Assembly: GCA_030949385.1 (NCBI GenBank)
Contig: JAUZSP010000006.1
Span: forward strand, 64,121 to 128,120
From: Gammaproteobacteria bacterium
GTDB lineage: Bacteria > Pseudomonadota > Gammaproteobacteria > JAUZRS01
Direction: 5' to 3'
Length of the DNA stretch: 64,000 bases
Below the pieces are notes generated by a model that was not told the origin of the DNA, ran no database searches, and saw only the letters and a list, made by a program, of their open reading frames with translations. Positions 1-10,022 of the stretch are shown piece by piece (the first letter of the stretch is position 1; every line of letters starts with the position of its first letter). A program made the position numbers and the translations under genes.

Positions 1-111
1 TATTTTATTTTTCATCTCTGCGTTTGAATCCGGTGTGTGACCCGCAGTCTGGTCGGTTGCATTTACGCTTAAGGGCAGGGCTAAGCCTATTAGGGCGATG
101 GTTTTTAACAT
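1..111 (-). CDS. N-terminal fragment of a secreted protein; the gene continues beyond the window start
   Basis: Minus-strand ATG at 111..109 preceded by a GAGGA ribosome-binding site. Translation is MLKTIALIGLALPLSVNATDQ..., which is signal-peptide-like. The frame stays open to position 1. Confidence 0.4.
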   Translation of the reverse strand, partial: MLKTIALIGLALPLSVNATDQTAGHTPDSNAEMKNKI

Positions 112-129
112 GGTTTGTCCTCTGGTTTT

Positions 130-1434
130 TTATGTGATGCGGTTTTTTTCTTCAATCCACTTGGCCATATAATAATGGCTTTTTAGGCTCTGATGGGTAA
201 GCAGAGTGCCAATAAAATTCTGTTGTCGGTGGGCAGCTAAATTGTTTCGAATGGCATTAATCCGAGCAATCAATTCTTCACCCTGTTGCTGGGCGTTGTA
301 ACCTTTCTGAATAATGGAGAAGCCGTTCTGCTGCGCCTGTTGCCAGTGGCTTTCATCCTTATACAGTTTCACCGCCGCCGTGGCAATTTCGGTGGGGTTG
401 TTCGCGACCGAGCCACTCCAAGGCAATCCAGCCGCCATTGCCTCTGCACCGATGGCGGTGGTGACGTTGGGTGTACCGCACTGCATGGCATCAATCAGTT
501 TGCCTTTCTGTCCGGCTCCAAAGCGCAACGGAGCCAAACAGACCCGTGCCTGTTGCATCACTTGATGAGCGTCTTTTGCCCAACCTAAAACATGAAAGCC
601 CTGTTTGGCATTGTGCAACGCCGTGGCCTTGGGGGGAGGGTACGCACCGTAAATGTGCAGCTCGGCTTGGGGCAGCTGTTGTCGAATCCGTGGCCAGATC
701 TGTTCTTTAAGCCACAACACCGCATCCCAGTTGGGTGGGTGGCGAAAATTACCGATGTGGATAAAGTGTTGGCGTTGTGGGTGCTTTGGCAGCCGTTGTC
801 TGTTTTCCAGCGGCGGCAATAAAAACGGCGTGTGGTGCAGCAGTTGAGCAGGCAGAGAAAAATGCTCCGTAAGCAATTTCTGCTCAAATTCCGAAATAAG
901 CAAGGTCAGATCAGAGCGATAAAACGCCGCGATTTCACGTTGGCACATGTCCCGCTGACTCATTTTTTTAAACAGTGATTCGGGATTAATCGCTGCGACG
1001 TGATGATCTTGTTTATTGGTTTTTTCAATTTTTAACTGCGCTTTGAGCTGGTTTTGGCGCACGTCACGCAGGCTGTGCAAATCTTCGCTGTCGATGATGC
1101 GCAGCGCCTCGGGGCACTGTTCCGCCACCCGCCAGCCATACTGCTCTTCTGTAACAAAACGGTCGAACAAAACAATGTGTGGTTGCAGCTGTTGGATAAA
1201 ATCATCAAAGCTGCGGCTGTTAAGCTGAACAGCCTGTTCGGTAACGCCCAAGGTGGTGAGGTCGGTTTTCTGTTCGTTTTGGCTCGCCGCGCTGGCGAAG
1301 GTGATCTGCCAGCCGTGCTGTTGAAACAGCTTGATCAGTTGTAACATGCGACTGCCCGCTGCCGATGAGTTGGGTTCTGGCCAGACGTAGCCGATAATCA
1401 GCAGATGAGTTTTTTGGTGTGAGTTTATGTGCAT
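130..1434 (-). CDS. Glycosyltransferase, GT-B fold (family 1/4-like)
   Basis: 434-aa ORF. The C-terminal region has a GT1-like nucleotide-sugar binding pattern (..GAGQKGKLIDAMQCGTPNV..). Confidence 0.55.
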   Translation of the reverse strand: MHINSHQKTHLLIIGYVWPEPNSSAAGSRMLQLIKLFQQHGWQITFASAASQNEQKTDLTTLGVTEQAVQLNSRSFDDFIQQLQPHIVLFDRFVTEEQYGWRVAEQCPEALRIIDSEDLHSLRDVRQNQLKAQLKIEKTNKQDHHVAAINPESLFKKMSQRDMCQREIAAFYRSDLTLLISEFEQKLLTEHFSLPAQLLHHTPFLLPPLENRQRLPKHPQRQHFIHIGNFRHPPNWDAVLWLKEQIWPRIRQQLPQAELHIYGAYPPPKATALHNAKQGFHVLGWAKDAHQVMQQARVCLAPLRFGAGQKGKLIDAMQCGTPNVTTAIGAEAMAAGLPWSGSVANNPTEIATAAVKLYKDESHWQQAQQNGFSIIQKGYNAQQQGEELIARINAIRNNLAAHRQQNFIGTLLTHQSLKSHYYMAKWIEEKNRIT

Positions 1435-2025
1435 AAATTGGGAGTCGATTATTCATTGGTTACGGTAATTGAGTTGCGCGGCCTTGCCATTGAGGTGAGT
1501 TTTAAACGTATTAAACACCTTCATCTCAGGGTGCGTTCTCCTGAGGGTCGGGTGACGGTCTCGGCTCCTGTGCAGATGCCTTTGGCGGTGGTGCAGCGTT
1601 TTGTGCTCTCCAAATGGCAATGGCTTGAGAAAAAACAGGCTCAATTGGCTGCGCGGCCACGAACCTCCTCAGAGCAATTAAACCGGCAACATCAGCGATG
1701 GGAGCAGCAACGGCAGCGTTTAAAAGTGGAGGTAGGTCGTCTGGTGCAACATTGGCAGCCGATTATGCAGGTTTCGGTGCAGAAGGTCACTCTGCGTCGA
1801 ATGAAAAGCAAATGGGGCAGTTGCACACCAGCCAAGGGCACGATTCGGATTAACCTCGTTTTGGCCGAGCGTTCGCCACAGGTCTTGGAGATGGTGCTGG
1901 TGCATGAGATGGTGCATCTATTGGAGTCCTCTCACAATGCACGTTTTTATGCGTTGATGGATCGTTTTCTGCCCAATTGGCGGCGTTATCAGCAGGAGTT
2001 GGATCAGCCGAACCGAGGCGTGTGA
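1429..2025 (+). CDS. YgjP-like (DUF45/M48 family) zinc metallohydrolase
   Basis: 198 aa with an HEMVHL (HExxH) motif near the C-terminus and a typical YgjP-family N-terminus. It is divergent from, and slightly overlaps, the glycosyltransferase start. Confidence 0.6.
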   Translation: MHKLGVDYSLVTVIELRGLAIEVSFKRIKHLHLRVRSPEGRVTVSAPVQMPLAVVQRFVLSKWQWLEKKQAQLAARPRTSSEQLNRQHQRWEQQRQRLKVEVGRLVQHWQPIMQVSVQKVTLRRMKSKWGSCTPAKGTIRINLVLAERSPQVLEMVLVHEMVHLLESSHNARFYALMDRFLPNWRRYQQELDQPNRGV

Positions 2026-2102
2026 GCAACTATTTTAGCCAAAGTTGAATTTAAGGTTTGACTGGGCGGTAAAGTAGTGGCAGTATTCGCTCCGCTCGAC
2101 GC

Positions 2103-2179
2103 AGGCGCGTAGCTCAGTTGGTTAGAGCACCACCTTGACATGGTGGGGGTCGTTGGTTCGAATCCAATCGCGCCTACCA
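2103..2179 (+). tRNA. tRNA-Val (anticodon GAC)
   Basis: Cloverleaf read by eye. Acceptor stem AGGCGCG/CGCGCCT, D-arm GCTCAGTTGGTTAGAGC, anticodon stem CCACC/GGTGG with loop TTGACAT, T-arm GGTTCGAATCC, then CCA. Very close to E. coli tRNA-Val(GAC). Confidence 0.9.
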
Positions 2180-2209
2180 ACATAGATTTGAGAGATCAAA
2201 TCGCAAAAA

Positions 2210-2245
2210 GCCCCAGTATGAATTTATTCATCTGGGGCTTTTTTG
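2210..2245. terminator. Bidirectional Rho-independent terminator between tRNA-Val and the convergent DUF423 gene
   Basis: Stem GCCCCAG ... CTGGGGC with a 15-nt loop, followed by TTTTTT, and preceded by AAAAA on the other strand. Confidence 0.7.
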
Positions 2246-2278
2246 TGGGTTTTAGTCTGTTATGTCAGGTTAGAGTGT

Positions 2279-2653
2279 TTACTTTTCCACTCGCCACTGG
2301 CTCCAAGTCAAGCTTCCCCAGCCGACTAAAAACGCCAAGCCTCCCAGCGGGGTAATGGCTCCCAGCCAGCGCATTTGGGTGATGGCCATCAGATACAAGC
2401 TGCCGGAAAACAGCAGCACACCGATGATCATGCTGTAAGCGGCCAGTTTCAGTTTGGCTTGTGGTTGCAGTTGCATCAGCAGTCCGATCAAAATCAATCC
2501 CAAAGCGTGAAACATGTGGTAGCTCACGCCGGTTTGATACCAACCTTTGGCTTCAGGGGTGAGCAGCGGTTTGAGGGCGTGTGCGCCAAAGGCACCGATG
2601 GCAACGGCCAACAGCGCCAAGAGTGCGCCGAGGCCAATAAAACGTCTGGACAT
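2279..2653 (-). CDS. DUF423 family inner-membrane protein (YgdD-like)
   Basis: 124 aa with four predicted TM helices. Sequence (GAFGAH..MFHALGLI..) is typical of DUF423. Confidence 0.6.
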   Translation of the reverse strand: MSRRFIGLGALLALLAVAIGAFGAHALKPLLTPEAKGWYQTGVSYHMFHALGLILIGLLMQLQPQAKLKLAAYSMIIGVLLFSGSLYLMAITQMRWLGAITPLGGLAFLVGWGSLTWSQWRVEK

Positions 2654-2717
2654 AAGAGAGTCTCTGGATTAAAAATAGCTCTCATTCTAGCGCAACGAAC
2701 TAAAAAAGGGGTCTGTT

Positions 2718-3203
2718 ATGCCATCGTTTGATGTGGTTTCTGAAGTGGATATGCACGAATTGGCCAACGCGGTTGATCAAACCAGCCGTGAAATCGGCAC
2801 CCGTTACGATTTTAAGGGCAGCAGCGCCAAGGTTGAGTTAAACGACAAGCAGGTGACGATCATCGCCGACGGTGATTTTCAAGCCCGTCAAATTCACCCG
2901 ATGCTCTACCAAAAATTGACCAAACGGGGTCTGGAAGCGGGCTGTCTGGAAGAGGGTAAAATCGAAACCGTGGGCAAAGGCGTGCGCCAATATCTGACGG
3001 TGCAGGCGGGGATTGAAACCGATACGGCAAAAAAGATTGTGAAAATGATCAAAACCAGCAAAATCAAAGTGCAAGCGGCAATTCAGAGCGAGCAGGTGCG
3101 GGTGACGGGCAAAAAGCGCGACGATCTGCAACAGGTGATGGCGCTGTTGCGTGGGGCGGAAGGTTTGGGGCTGCCGTTGCAGTTTAAGAATTTTCGAGAT
3201 TAG
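2718..3203 (+). CDS. yajQ: YajQ family (UPF0234) nucleotide / cyclic-di-GMP-binding protein
   Basis: 161 aa starting MPSFDVVSEVD...DFKGS, which is characteristic of YajQ. AGGGG-like RBS upstream. Confidence 0.75.
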   Translation: MPSFDVVSEVDMHELANAVDQTSREIGTRYDFKGSSAKVELNDKQVTIIADGDFQARQIHPMLYQKLTKRGLEAGCLEEGKIETVGKGVRQYLTVQAGIETDTAKKIVKMIKTSKIKVQAAIQSEQVRVTGKKRDDLQQVMALLRGAEGLGLPLQFKNFRD

Positions 3204-3322
3204 CAGAAGGGAAAACGTGCGTTGTTTGGGTTGGACATTCTTGGCCTTCCTCGGTACAGTTTGGCCACTGCAAAAAAGGTTGAAACAGCCCTTTTCCGAG
3301 CCATCAAACAGAGACGAGAATC

Positions 3323-4507
3323 GTGTTGAAAATCACCTTATCAAGCCGTGTTGAACGCATTAAACCCTCACCCACCCTGACCATCAGTGCCTTGGCGGCG
3401 CAATTGAAGGCGCAGGGGCGGGACATCATCAGTCTGGGGACAGGCGAGCCGGATTTTGATACGCCGGATCATGTAAAACAAGCTGCCATTGAGGCCATCA
3501 ATGCCGGTTTTACCAAATACACCAATGTGGACGGCACGCCTGAGCTGAAGCAGGCGATCATTGATAAGTTTGCCCGCGACAACGGTTTTCACTTTGATCT
3601 CGAAGAGGTGTTGGTCTCTTGTGGTGGCAAACAGAGCTTTTTTAATCTGACCCAAGCGTTGCTGAACCACGAGGATGAGGTGATTATTCCCGCCCCGTAT
3701 TGGGTCTCTTACCCCGATATGGTCAAGCTGGCGGGAGGGTCGCCGGTGATCGTACACGGCACGCAAGCGCAGGGCTTTAAAATCACCCCGCACCAATTGG
3801 AAAGCGCCATCACCGAGCGTACGCGCCTGTTTGTGATCAACAGCCCTTCCAATCCTTCGGGGGTCTGTTACAGCTTGGCGGAATTGAAGGCGCTCGGCGA
3901 TGTGCTGGCGCAACACGCGAATATCCTCATTGCCACTGATGACATGTACGAGCATATTTTGTGGAAAAAAGGCTCTTTTTGTAACATTCTCAACGCCTGC
4001 CCTGAGTTGAAAAGCCGTATTTTGGTGCTCAACGGGGTCTCGAAAGCTTACGCCATGACCGGTTGGCGCATTGGTTACGCGGCGGGGCCGAGCTACATTA
4101 TTCAGGCGATGAAAAAAGTGCAGTCGCAGAGCACCTCCAATCCTGCCTCCATCTCACAGGTGGCGGCGCAAGCGGCATTGGAAGGCGATCAGCACTGCCT
4201 TGACCCGATGGTTGAGGCTTTTAAAGAGCGCCATGATTTTGTATTGGAAAAATTAAATCAGATTTCCGGCATCAGCTGCTTGCCCAGTGACGGTACTTTT
4301 TATGCGTTTCCCAATGTGGAGGCGGTGATCAAACGCTTGAAACTGAAAGACGATGTGGCCCTGACCTCGTACTTACTGGATAAAACCGGCGTGGCGCTGG
4401 TGCCTGGGTCGGCTTTTGGTCTGCAAGGCCACATGCGTCTCTCTTATGCGACGAGTATGGAGATTTTGACCGATGCCTTGGCGCGGATTAAAAAGGCCTT
4501 GGGTTAA
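3323..4507 (+). CDS. Class I PLP-dependent aspartate/aromatic aminotransferase
   Basis: 394 aa. Contains the ..NGVSKAYAMTGWRIGYAAGP.. PLP-lysine region and the IKPSPTL N-terminal motif. Confidence 0.8.
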   Translation: MLKITLSSRVERIKPSPTLTISALAAQLKAQGRDIISLGTGEPDFDTPDHVKQAAIEAINAGFTKYTNVDGTPELKQAIIDKFARDNGFHFDLEEVLVSCGGKQSFFNLTQALLNHEDEVIIPAPYWVSYPDMVKLAGGSPVIVHGTQAQGFKITPHQLESAITERTRLFVINSPSNPSGVCYSLAELKALGDVLAQHANILIATDDMYEHILWKKGSFCNILNACPELKSRILVLNGVSKAYAMTGWRIGYAAGPSYIIQAMKKVQSQSTSNPASISQVAAQAALEGDQHCLDPMVEAFKERHDFVLEKLNQISGISCLPSDGTFYAFPNVEAVIKRLKLKDDVALTSYLLDKTGVALVPGSAFGLQGHMRLSYATSMEILTDALARIKKALG

Positions 4508-4510
4508 ATT

Positions 4511-4858
4511 ATGCTGACGATTTACGGCATTAAAAACTGCGATACGATGAAAAAGGCGCTTAAGTGGCTGACGGAAAACGGCATTGAGCATACTTTTCAT
4601 GACTACCGAAAAGCGGGTCTAACGCGACAGATGTTGCTGGGCTGGGAAGCGCAATTGGGGTGGGCGTTGTTGGTCAATAAACGCGGCACCACTTGGCGCA
4701 AGTTTGATGATGAGGTTAAGCAGAAGATGAACTCAGAAAATTCCATTGACGTGATGCTGGAAAACGAAGCGGTGATCAAACGTCCGCTGCTGGATCTGGG
4801 TGACGGTCGTTTGGAGTTGGGTTTTAAAGCCGAACGTTATGCGGAGCTGTTTTTATGA
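4511..4858 (+). CDS. ArsC/Spx-family protein (YffB-like)
   Basis: 115 aa starting MLTIYGIKNCDTMKKALKWL, with the N-terminal Cys motif of the ArsC/YffB family. Confidence 0.7.
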   Translation: MLTIYGIKNCDTMKKALKWLTENGIEHTFHDYRKAGLTRQMLLGWEAQLGWALLVNKRGTTWRKFDDEVKQKMNSENSIDVMLENEAVIKRPLLDLGDGRLELGFKAERYAELFL

Positions 4859-5169
4859 GCGGTTCAGGTAAGAACATTGCCCAACTGGTTTATATTCTTC
4901 AAGCGGTCTCTTTTCTGCTTGGCATTACCTTTGTGATTGCGGTGGTGATCAATCATCTGAAGCGCGGCGATGTGCGTGGCACGCTCTCTGAGTCTCATTT
5001 CCTTTGGCAGATGCGTACCTTTTGGTGGTCGCTGATCTGGATGGGGGTGGGTTTGATGACGATGTTGATCGGTGGTTGGATGATCGTCTATCTGCTGCCA
5101 TTGTGGATTATTTATCGCATTGTCAGGGGCTGGTTGCGGCTCAACGATGATCGGGAAATGTACGTTTAG
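4855..5169 (+). CDS. Small inner-membrane protein with 2 TM helices
   Basis: 104 aa with two hydrophobic helices. Its start overlaps the upstream stop (ATGA). Confidence 0.45.
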   Translation: MSGSGKNIAQLVYILQAVSFLLGITFVIAVVINHLKRGDVRGTLSESHFLWQMRTFWWSLIWMGVGLMTMLIGGWMIVYLLPLWIIYRIVRGWLRLNDDREMYV

Positions 5170-5226
5170 TGAGCGTTAACGGATCGAGTCAAAAAATTTA
5201 TTTTCTAACCTTTTGAGTTTAAAAAA

Positions 5227-5757
5227 ATGAGTAACGAGAGCGTGTTAAAAAAACAGGCAGCACTGAAAATTGCAGTGATTACGGTCTCCGACAGCCGTAC
5301 CGAAGAGACCGATACCTCTGGTCAAGCGTTGGTGGATCGTTTGCAAGCCGATGGCCATGTTTTGCATGAAAAAGTGATTTTGGCTGACGATCTGTATCTG
5401 CTGCGGGCGCAGTTTTCCGCTTGGATTGCCGATCCTGAGGTGGAGGTGATTTTGACCACCGGCGGTACCGGTGTCAGTGGCCGTGATGTGACACCCGAAG
5501 CGGTGGGGCCTCTGTTTGATAAAGAGATCGTCGGTTTTGGCGAGATGTTTCGTTGGGTCTCTATTGAGGAGATCGGCACCTCCACCATTCAGTCCCGTGC
5601 GTTGGGCGGAGTGGCCAACGGTACGTTGATTTTCTGCCTGCCGGGTTCAACGGGTGCGTGTCGCACCGCGTGGGATAAAATTTTGCGCCATCAATTGGAT
5701 CTGAATCACCGCCCCTGTAACTTTGTTGAATTGCGCGGTCGTTTGACGGAGCGTTGA
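5227..5757 (+). CDS. moaB: Molybdenum cofactor biosynthesis protein B (MoaB/MogA family)
   Basis: 176 aa with the TVSDSR...GGTG motifs of the MogA/MoaB family. Confidence 0.75.
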   Translation: MSNESVLKKQAALKIAVITVSDSRTEETDTSGQALVDRLQADGHVLHEKVILADDLYLLRAQFSAWIADPEVEVILTTGGTGVSGRDVTPEAVGPLFDKEIVGFGEMFRWVSIEEIGTSTIQSRALGGVANGTLIFCLPGSTGACRTAWDKILRHQLDLNHRPCNFVELRGRLTER

Positions 5758-5783
5758 GGGTTTTTATTGTGAATGAAAAAAAA

Positions 5784-7013
5784 ATGGCCAGCGGTTGTGA
5801 TAGCGCAACGGTGTTAAAACCGATTGAAGAGACTTTAGAGCATCTGTTGAGCCAAGCAAAACCAGTGACAGAAATTGAGTGGCTGGCCACTGAAGCGGCT
5901 TTGGGGCGCGTGTTGGCCGAAGATCAGTTGGCGGCGGTGAGTGTACCGGCGTGGGACAACAGCGCGATGGACGGTTACGCCTTGCGTTATGCCGATCTGC
6001 AAGCAGGTAAGCCATTGACGGTGGCGCAACGCATTCCTGCTGGAGCGGTGGGGACGTTTTTAGAATCCGGCACTGCGGCGCGCATTTTTACCGGTGCGCC
6101 GGTACCAGAGGGGGCGGATACGGTGGTGATGCAGGAGCATTGCCAGCGTGACGATGATCTGCTGACTCTGGCTCACGAGGTGGCAAAAGGCGCGAACATT
6201 CGGCGCATCGGTGAAGATGTGCGGCAGGGCGAGGTGATTTTAAACCAAGGGGTAAAGCTCTCTCCGCAGCATTTGGGGCTGGCGGCATCTGTGGGGCTGG
6301 CTAAAATGCCGGTGTATCGTCGTCTAAAAGTGGCCATTCTTTGTACCGGTGATGAGTTGATTCCGCCGGGTGAACCGCTGGGCGCGGGGCAGATTCACGA
6401 CTCAAACCGTTACACCTTTATCGGTCTGTTGCAGGCGTTGGGCTGTGAAGTGATTGATCTGGGACGGGTGGCCGATGATTTTGTTGCCACCCAAGAGGCG
6501 CTTTCTGAGGCGGCGGCAAAAGCCGATCTGGTGCTGGCCAGCGGTGGGGTTTCCGTGGGTGAGGAGGATCATGTGAAGGCGGCGGTGGAGTCCTTGGGAG
6601 CGCTTTCTTTGTGGCGTGTGGCGATTCGACCAGGAAAACCACTGGCCTTTGGTTTTGTTGGCGAGACTCCTTTTATTGGCGTGCCAGGCAATCCAGTGTC
6701 GTTGTTTGTTACGGTGGCCATTTTGGCGCGACCCTTTATTTTGCGCTGCCAAGGGCGTGATGCGGTGTTGCCTAATTCGTTTTCGGTGCGCTCTGGTTTT
6801 GATTGGTCACGACCGGACAAACGTCGTGAATACATGCGGGTGCGTTTGTACAGCGAGCAGGGGCAACTGACGGCAGAAGCGCATCCAAGCCGCTCTTCTG
6901 GGGTTTTGAGTTCGGTGACCTGGAGTGACGGTTTGGCGATTTTGCCCGAGGGCAAGGCGCATAAAAAAGGCGATTTGTTGGAGTTTATCCCCTTTTCTGA
7001 ATTGCTAAATTAA
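5784..7013 (+). CDS. moeA: Molybdopterin molybdenumtransferase MoeA
   Basis: MoeA/gephyrin E-domain motifs (..ANIRRIGEDV.., GGVSVGEED). The ORF opens at 5754, but the ATG at 5784 better matches MoeA N-termini. Confidence 0.8.
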   Translation: MASGCDSATVLKPIEETLEHLLSQAKPVTEIEWLATEAALGRVLAEDQLAAVSVPAWDNSAMDGYALRYADLQAGKPLTVAQRIPAGAVGTFLESGTAARIFTGAPVPEGADTVVMQEHCQRDDDLLTLAHEVAKGANIRRIGEDVRQGEVILNQGVKLSPQHLGLAASVGLAKMPVYRRLKVAILCTGDELIPPGEPLGAGQIHDSNRYTFIGLLQALGCEVIDLGRVADDFVATQEALSEAAAKADLVLASGGVSVGEEDHVKAAVESLGALSLWRVAIRPGKPLAFGFVGETPFIGVPGNPVSLFVTVAILARPFILRCQGRDAVLPNSFSVRSGFDWSRPDKRREYMRVRLYSEQGQLTAEAHPSRSSGVLSSVTWSDGLAILPEGKAHKKGDLLEFIPFSELLN

Positions 7014-7035
7014 CGTTTTTTGCTGTTGTTAGGCA

Positions 7036-7899
7036 CTAGTGTTTTGGCGCTGATTTGGCCGTTTGATCGTCGGCAGCCAAAAAGAGCTTGGGGTTGATCC
7101 AAGTGCCGTTCAGCCCCACTGACCAGTGCAGATGGGGGCCGGTGACGCGTCCTGTTTGCCCCACCTCGCCAATCTGTTCGCCCTGTTTTACCGTATCCCC
7201 TATTTTGACCTTGATTTTATTCATATGGGCGTAAAAGCTGATCAAGCCTTGGCCGTGCTCTAAAAAGACGCAGTTGCCGTTAAAAAAGAAGTTACCCGCC
7301 TCTACCACTTTGCCATCGGCGGGGGCGTAGATGGGGGTGCCTTCAGCGGCGGCAATGTCCAGCCCGCCATGTGGACGACGAGGCTGTTTATTAAAAAAGC
7401 GTCGCAGACCAAACTGGCTGCTTTCAGGGCCGCTGACGGGGCGAATAAAATCAAAATGGGGTGTCTGGTGGCTCCATTGAAACTTGGCTTTGCCGGAACG
7501 ACGACGCTCTTTTTTGATGCGCTGCATGTCGTTTTTATACGGGTTTACTTTGCGTTTGTTTTTAATCGTCAGATATTGGCTTTCGTATTCATAGGGTTTG
7601 ACTTCAAAGGCGATGCGCTGATTGGTTTTTTTATTTGGCCACTGTACGCTTAGGTGGTGAGTGCCTGGTTTGATGGAGAGAGGCAAACCAATCACCGCTG
7701 ACCAGCTCTGGTCGTCGTTTTTGATTACCATCACTTTGCGCTTAATGTAACGCACATGGGGTTTGCCAGCTTGTTCTGCGGCGAGGGGGATAATGGCAAT
7801 GCCACCCGGTACCGCCGAGGCGGTGGGCAGTTCGTTGGCCAAAGTGAATGCGGGTAGCAGCAATAAAATTAAGAGTTTGTAAAACATAGATCGCTCCAT
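7036..7899 (-). CDS. M23 family metallopeptidase with N-terminal signal peptide
   Basis: 287 aa. Signal peptide, then LytM/M23 catalytic motifs (HxxxD ... GPHLHW). Confidence 0.8.
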   Translation of the reverse strand: MERSMFYKLLILLLLPAFTLANELPTASAVPGGIAIIPLAAEQAGKPHVRYIKRKVMVIKNDDQSWSAVIGLPLSIKPGTHHLSVQWPNKKTNQRIAFEVKPYEYESQYLTIKNKRKVNPYKNDMQRIKKERRRSGKAKFQWSHQTPHFDFIRPVSGPESSQFGLRRFFNKQPRRPHGGLDIAAAEGTPIYAPADGKVVEAGNFFFNGNCVFLEHGQGLISFYAHMNKIKVKIGDTVKQGEQIGEVGQTGRVTGPHLHWSVGLNGTWINPKLFLAADDQTAKSAPKH

Positions 7900-7904
7900 G
7901 AAGG

Positions 7905-8639
7905 TTAGGTTGGGGTGTTGGTGCGCAGTTGTGCCACAAACAGGCTGGTGGCTCCGGCCACCGAGACCGGCATGGCGATTAAATTAACAAAAGGCAAGGT
8001 GGTAAAAAAGAGCGCACTGCTGCCAAACGTGAGTGACATCAGACGCTGTTTTTTTAAGGCAGCACGCTGTTGTTTAAAGTCGATATTGTGGTTGCCCATC
8101 GGGTAGTCGGCGTACTCCAGTGTCAGCATCCAGGCGCTGAAAATAAACCAGACAAAGGGGGCAATGAGATTGACCCCAGGGATTAAAAACAGCAGTAAAA
8201 TGGGCAGCATACGCAGCAAAATATAGATCAGTTTTTTTATCTCACCGACAACGCTCTCTACAATCAGAGTGACTAAATTTTGTCCTTCGGAAGGCGGTTT
8301 TCTGCCTGTGAGGTGATACTCCACCTGTTCTGATAACAGGGCATTAAAGGGTGCGGCGACTAGATTGGCAAACAGAATAAAAACGTAACTGCTGATCAAC
8401 AGAAGGCTAATGGCAAACAGCCCCCAAATCAGGGAGCGTAACCACTCGATTTGCAACCAACTGGGCAATAGGCTTTCAACCCAGCCGCTGAGGTATTCGG
8501 AACCTGACCAAATCATCCATGAGAAGAGCAATACGTTAATCAGCAAGGGGATAATGACATAAGGCCGAACACTCGGCTTGGTGATGAGGCTAAAACCACG
8601 CATAAAATGTCCAAAACCTGAAAGGCTGCCGCTGAGCAT
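7905..8639 (-). CDS. cysZ: Sulfate transporter CysZ (EI24-like membrane protein)
   Basis: 244-aa polytopic membrane protein. The N-terminus GFSLITKPSVRPYVIIPLLINVLLF parallels E. coli CysZ. Confidence 0.65.
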   Translation of the reverse strand: MLSGSLSGFGHFMRGFSLITKPSVRPYVIIPLLINVLLFSWMIWSGSEYLSGWVESLLPSWLQIEWLRSLIWGLFAISLLLISSYVFILFANLVAAPFNALLSEQVEYHLTGRKPPSEGQNLVTLIVESVVGEIKKLIYILLRMLPILLLFLIPGVNLIAPFVWFIFSAWMLTLEYADYPMGNHNIDFKQQRAALKKQRLMSLTFGSSALFFTTLPFVNLIAMPVSVAGATSLFVAQLRTNTPT

Positions 8640-8680
8640 TGCTGTTCTCCGTTGTATGAAAGAAGATTGATAAATAAGGT

Positions 8681-10000
8681 TTAGGGTTGAAGATGACCGG
8701 CTGCGATTTTGGCGCTGCCGTAGGCTGCTTCAACCTGCGTTGAGAGCCGTAAAGGAACGTGCAGTGCGCGTTCGCGCAAGGTCTGCCACGCTGGATTAAT
8801 GGCTCCACCGCCTGCGCTGTAAATCTGGTGGGGGTAGGGTGCTCCCAATTGGGCTAAAAGTCGATAACCTTGCGCTTCAATGCGGCTCAAACCTTCTAAG
8901 ATGGCCTGTAAAAAGTGCTGCTGATTATCAGGGCGCGGTGAGAGCTGGGGCATTAAATCCGGGTTGGCAAGGGGAAAACGTTCGCCTTTTGAGGGCAGCG
9001 GGTAGTAGTGTAACCCGCTGGGTTTGCTGAGATCTATATTCTGGCTGAGGCGGATGAGTTCGTCGTCACTAAAAAACTGCTTAAGCACCCCAGCGCCGCT
9101 GTTGGACGCACCGCCCGCGAGCCAAAGATCACCCAGTCGATGGCTGTAGATGCCATGTTGTGGAGAAAAAAGAGGAGCAGGGGTGATGACTTTTAACACG
9201 GTGGTACTGCCCAAGGAGGTGACGGCATCGCCAATTTTGTGCGCGCCGCTGGCGATAAAGGCGGCGATGCTGTCGGTGGTGCCGCTGATGATCTGGGTGC
9301 TGTGATGCAGGCCAAACTGCTTGGTAATTTCAATTTTTGCAGTGCCAATGACGGTGCCAACGGGCGTGACCTTGGGCAGTGTCTGCAATTCAATGGGAAG
9401 CTGTTTTAACCACTCGGGCCAGCGACCGGTGATGGGGTCGTATCCTAATTTTAGGGCGTTGTTTTCATCGCTGTAGATGACGTTGCCGCTTAATTTGGCG
9501 GCGATCCAGTCCGCTTGGTGCAGTGCTTTGAAGGCGCGGTGGGGAATTCTGCTTTGCAGCGTCAGCAGTTTGGCTAGGCTACTGCTGGTGCCGTGAGCGG
9601 CGCTGTTTTTTGGGGCGTATTGGTGGATGAGCTGTGCGGCGGTGGCGTTGTCGCTGTGGTGGTACATCAGCGCGGGGGTGAGGGGGGTGCCATCCAGCGC
9701 ACTGAGCAGCAGGGTTGAGGAGGTGCCATCAACGGTAATGGCGCGGATGCGCTGAGCATCAACCTGTTGGAAAAGGTCGTACAGCAGTTGCTGTACGGTG
9801 TGCCACCAGATTAATGGATCTTGTTCCTCTTGTTGCTCTAAGGCCGCAGGCCAAGGCTGTTTTAAAAAAATCTGTTGTTGGCCTTGGCTGTCAATGACCG
9901 AGGCGCGACAGCCGGAAGTACCTAAATCCAGCCCCAGATAGAGCGCTTCTGAGTGGGGTTTTAGGGGCATGGGCGGGCTGCTCTCAAGATAGGAAAGCAA
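8681..10000 (-). CDS. FGGY-family carbohydrate kinase
   Basis: 439 aa with the N-terminal LGLDLGTSGCRA FGGY motif and C-terminal FGGY-like region. Confidence 0.65.
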   Translation of the reverse strand: MLSYLESSPPMPLKPHSEALYLGLDLGTSGCRASVIDSQGQQQIFLKQPWPAALEQQEEQDPLIWWHTVQQLLYDLFQQVDAQRIRAITVDGTSSTLLLSALDGTPLTPALMYHHSDNATAAQLIHQYAPKNSAAHGTSSSLAKLLTLQSRIPHRAFKALHQADWIAAKLSGNVIYSDENNALKLGYDPITGRWPEWLKQLPIELQTLPKVTPVGTVIGTAKIEITKQFGLHHSTQIISGTTDSIAAFIASGAHKIGDAVTSLGSTTVLKVITPAPLFSPQHGIYSHRLGDLWLAGGASNSGAGVLKQFFSDDELIRLSQNIDLSKPSGLHYYPLPSKGERFPLANPDLMPQLSPRPDNQQHFLQAILEGLSRIEAQGYRLLAQLGAPYPHQIYSAGGGAINPAWQTLRERALHVPLRLSTQVEAAYGSAKIAAGHLQP

Positions 10001-10022
10001 TGATTATAACACTCTGTGGAGG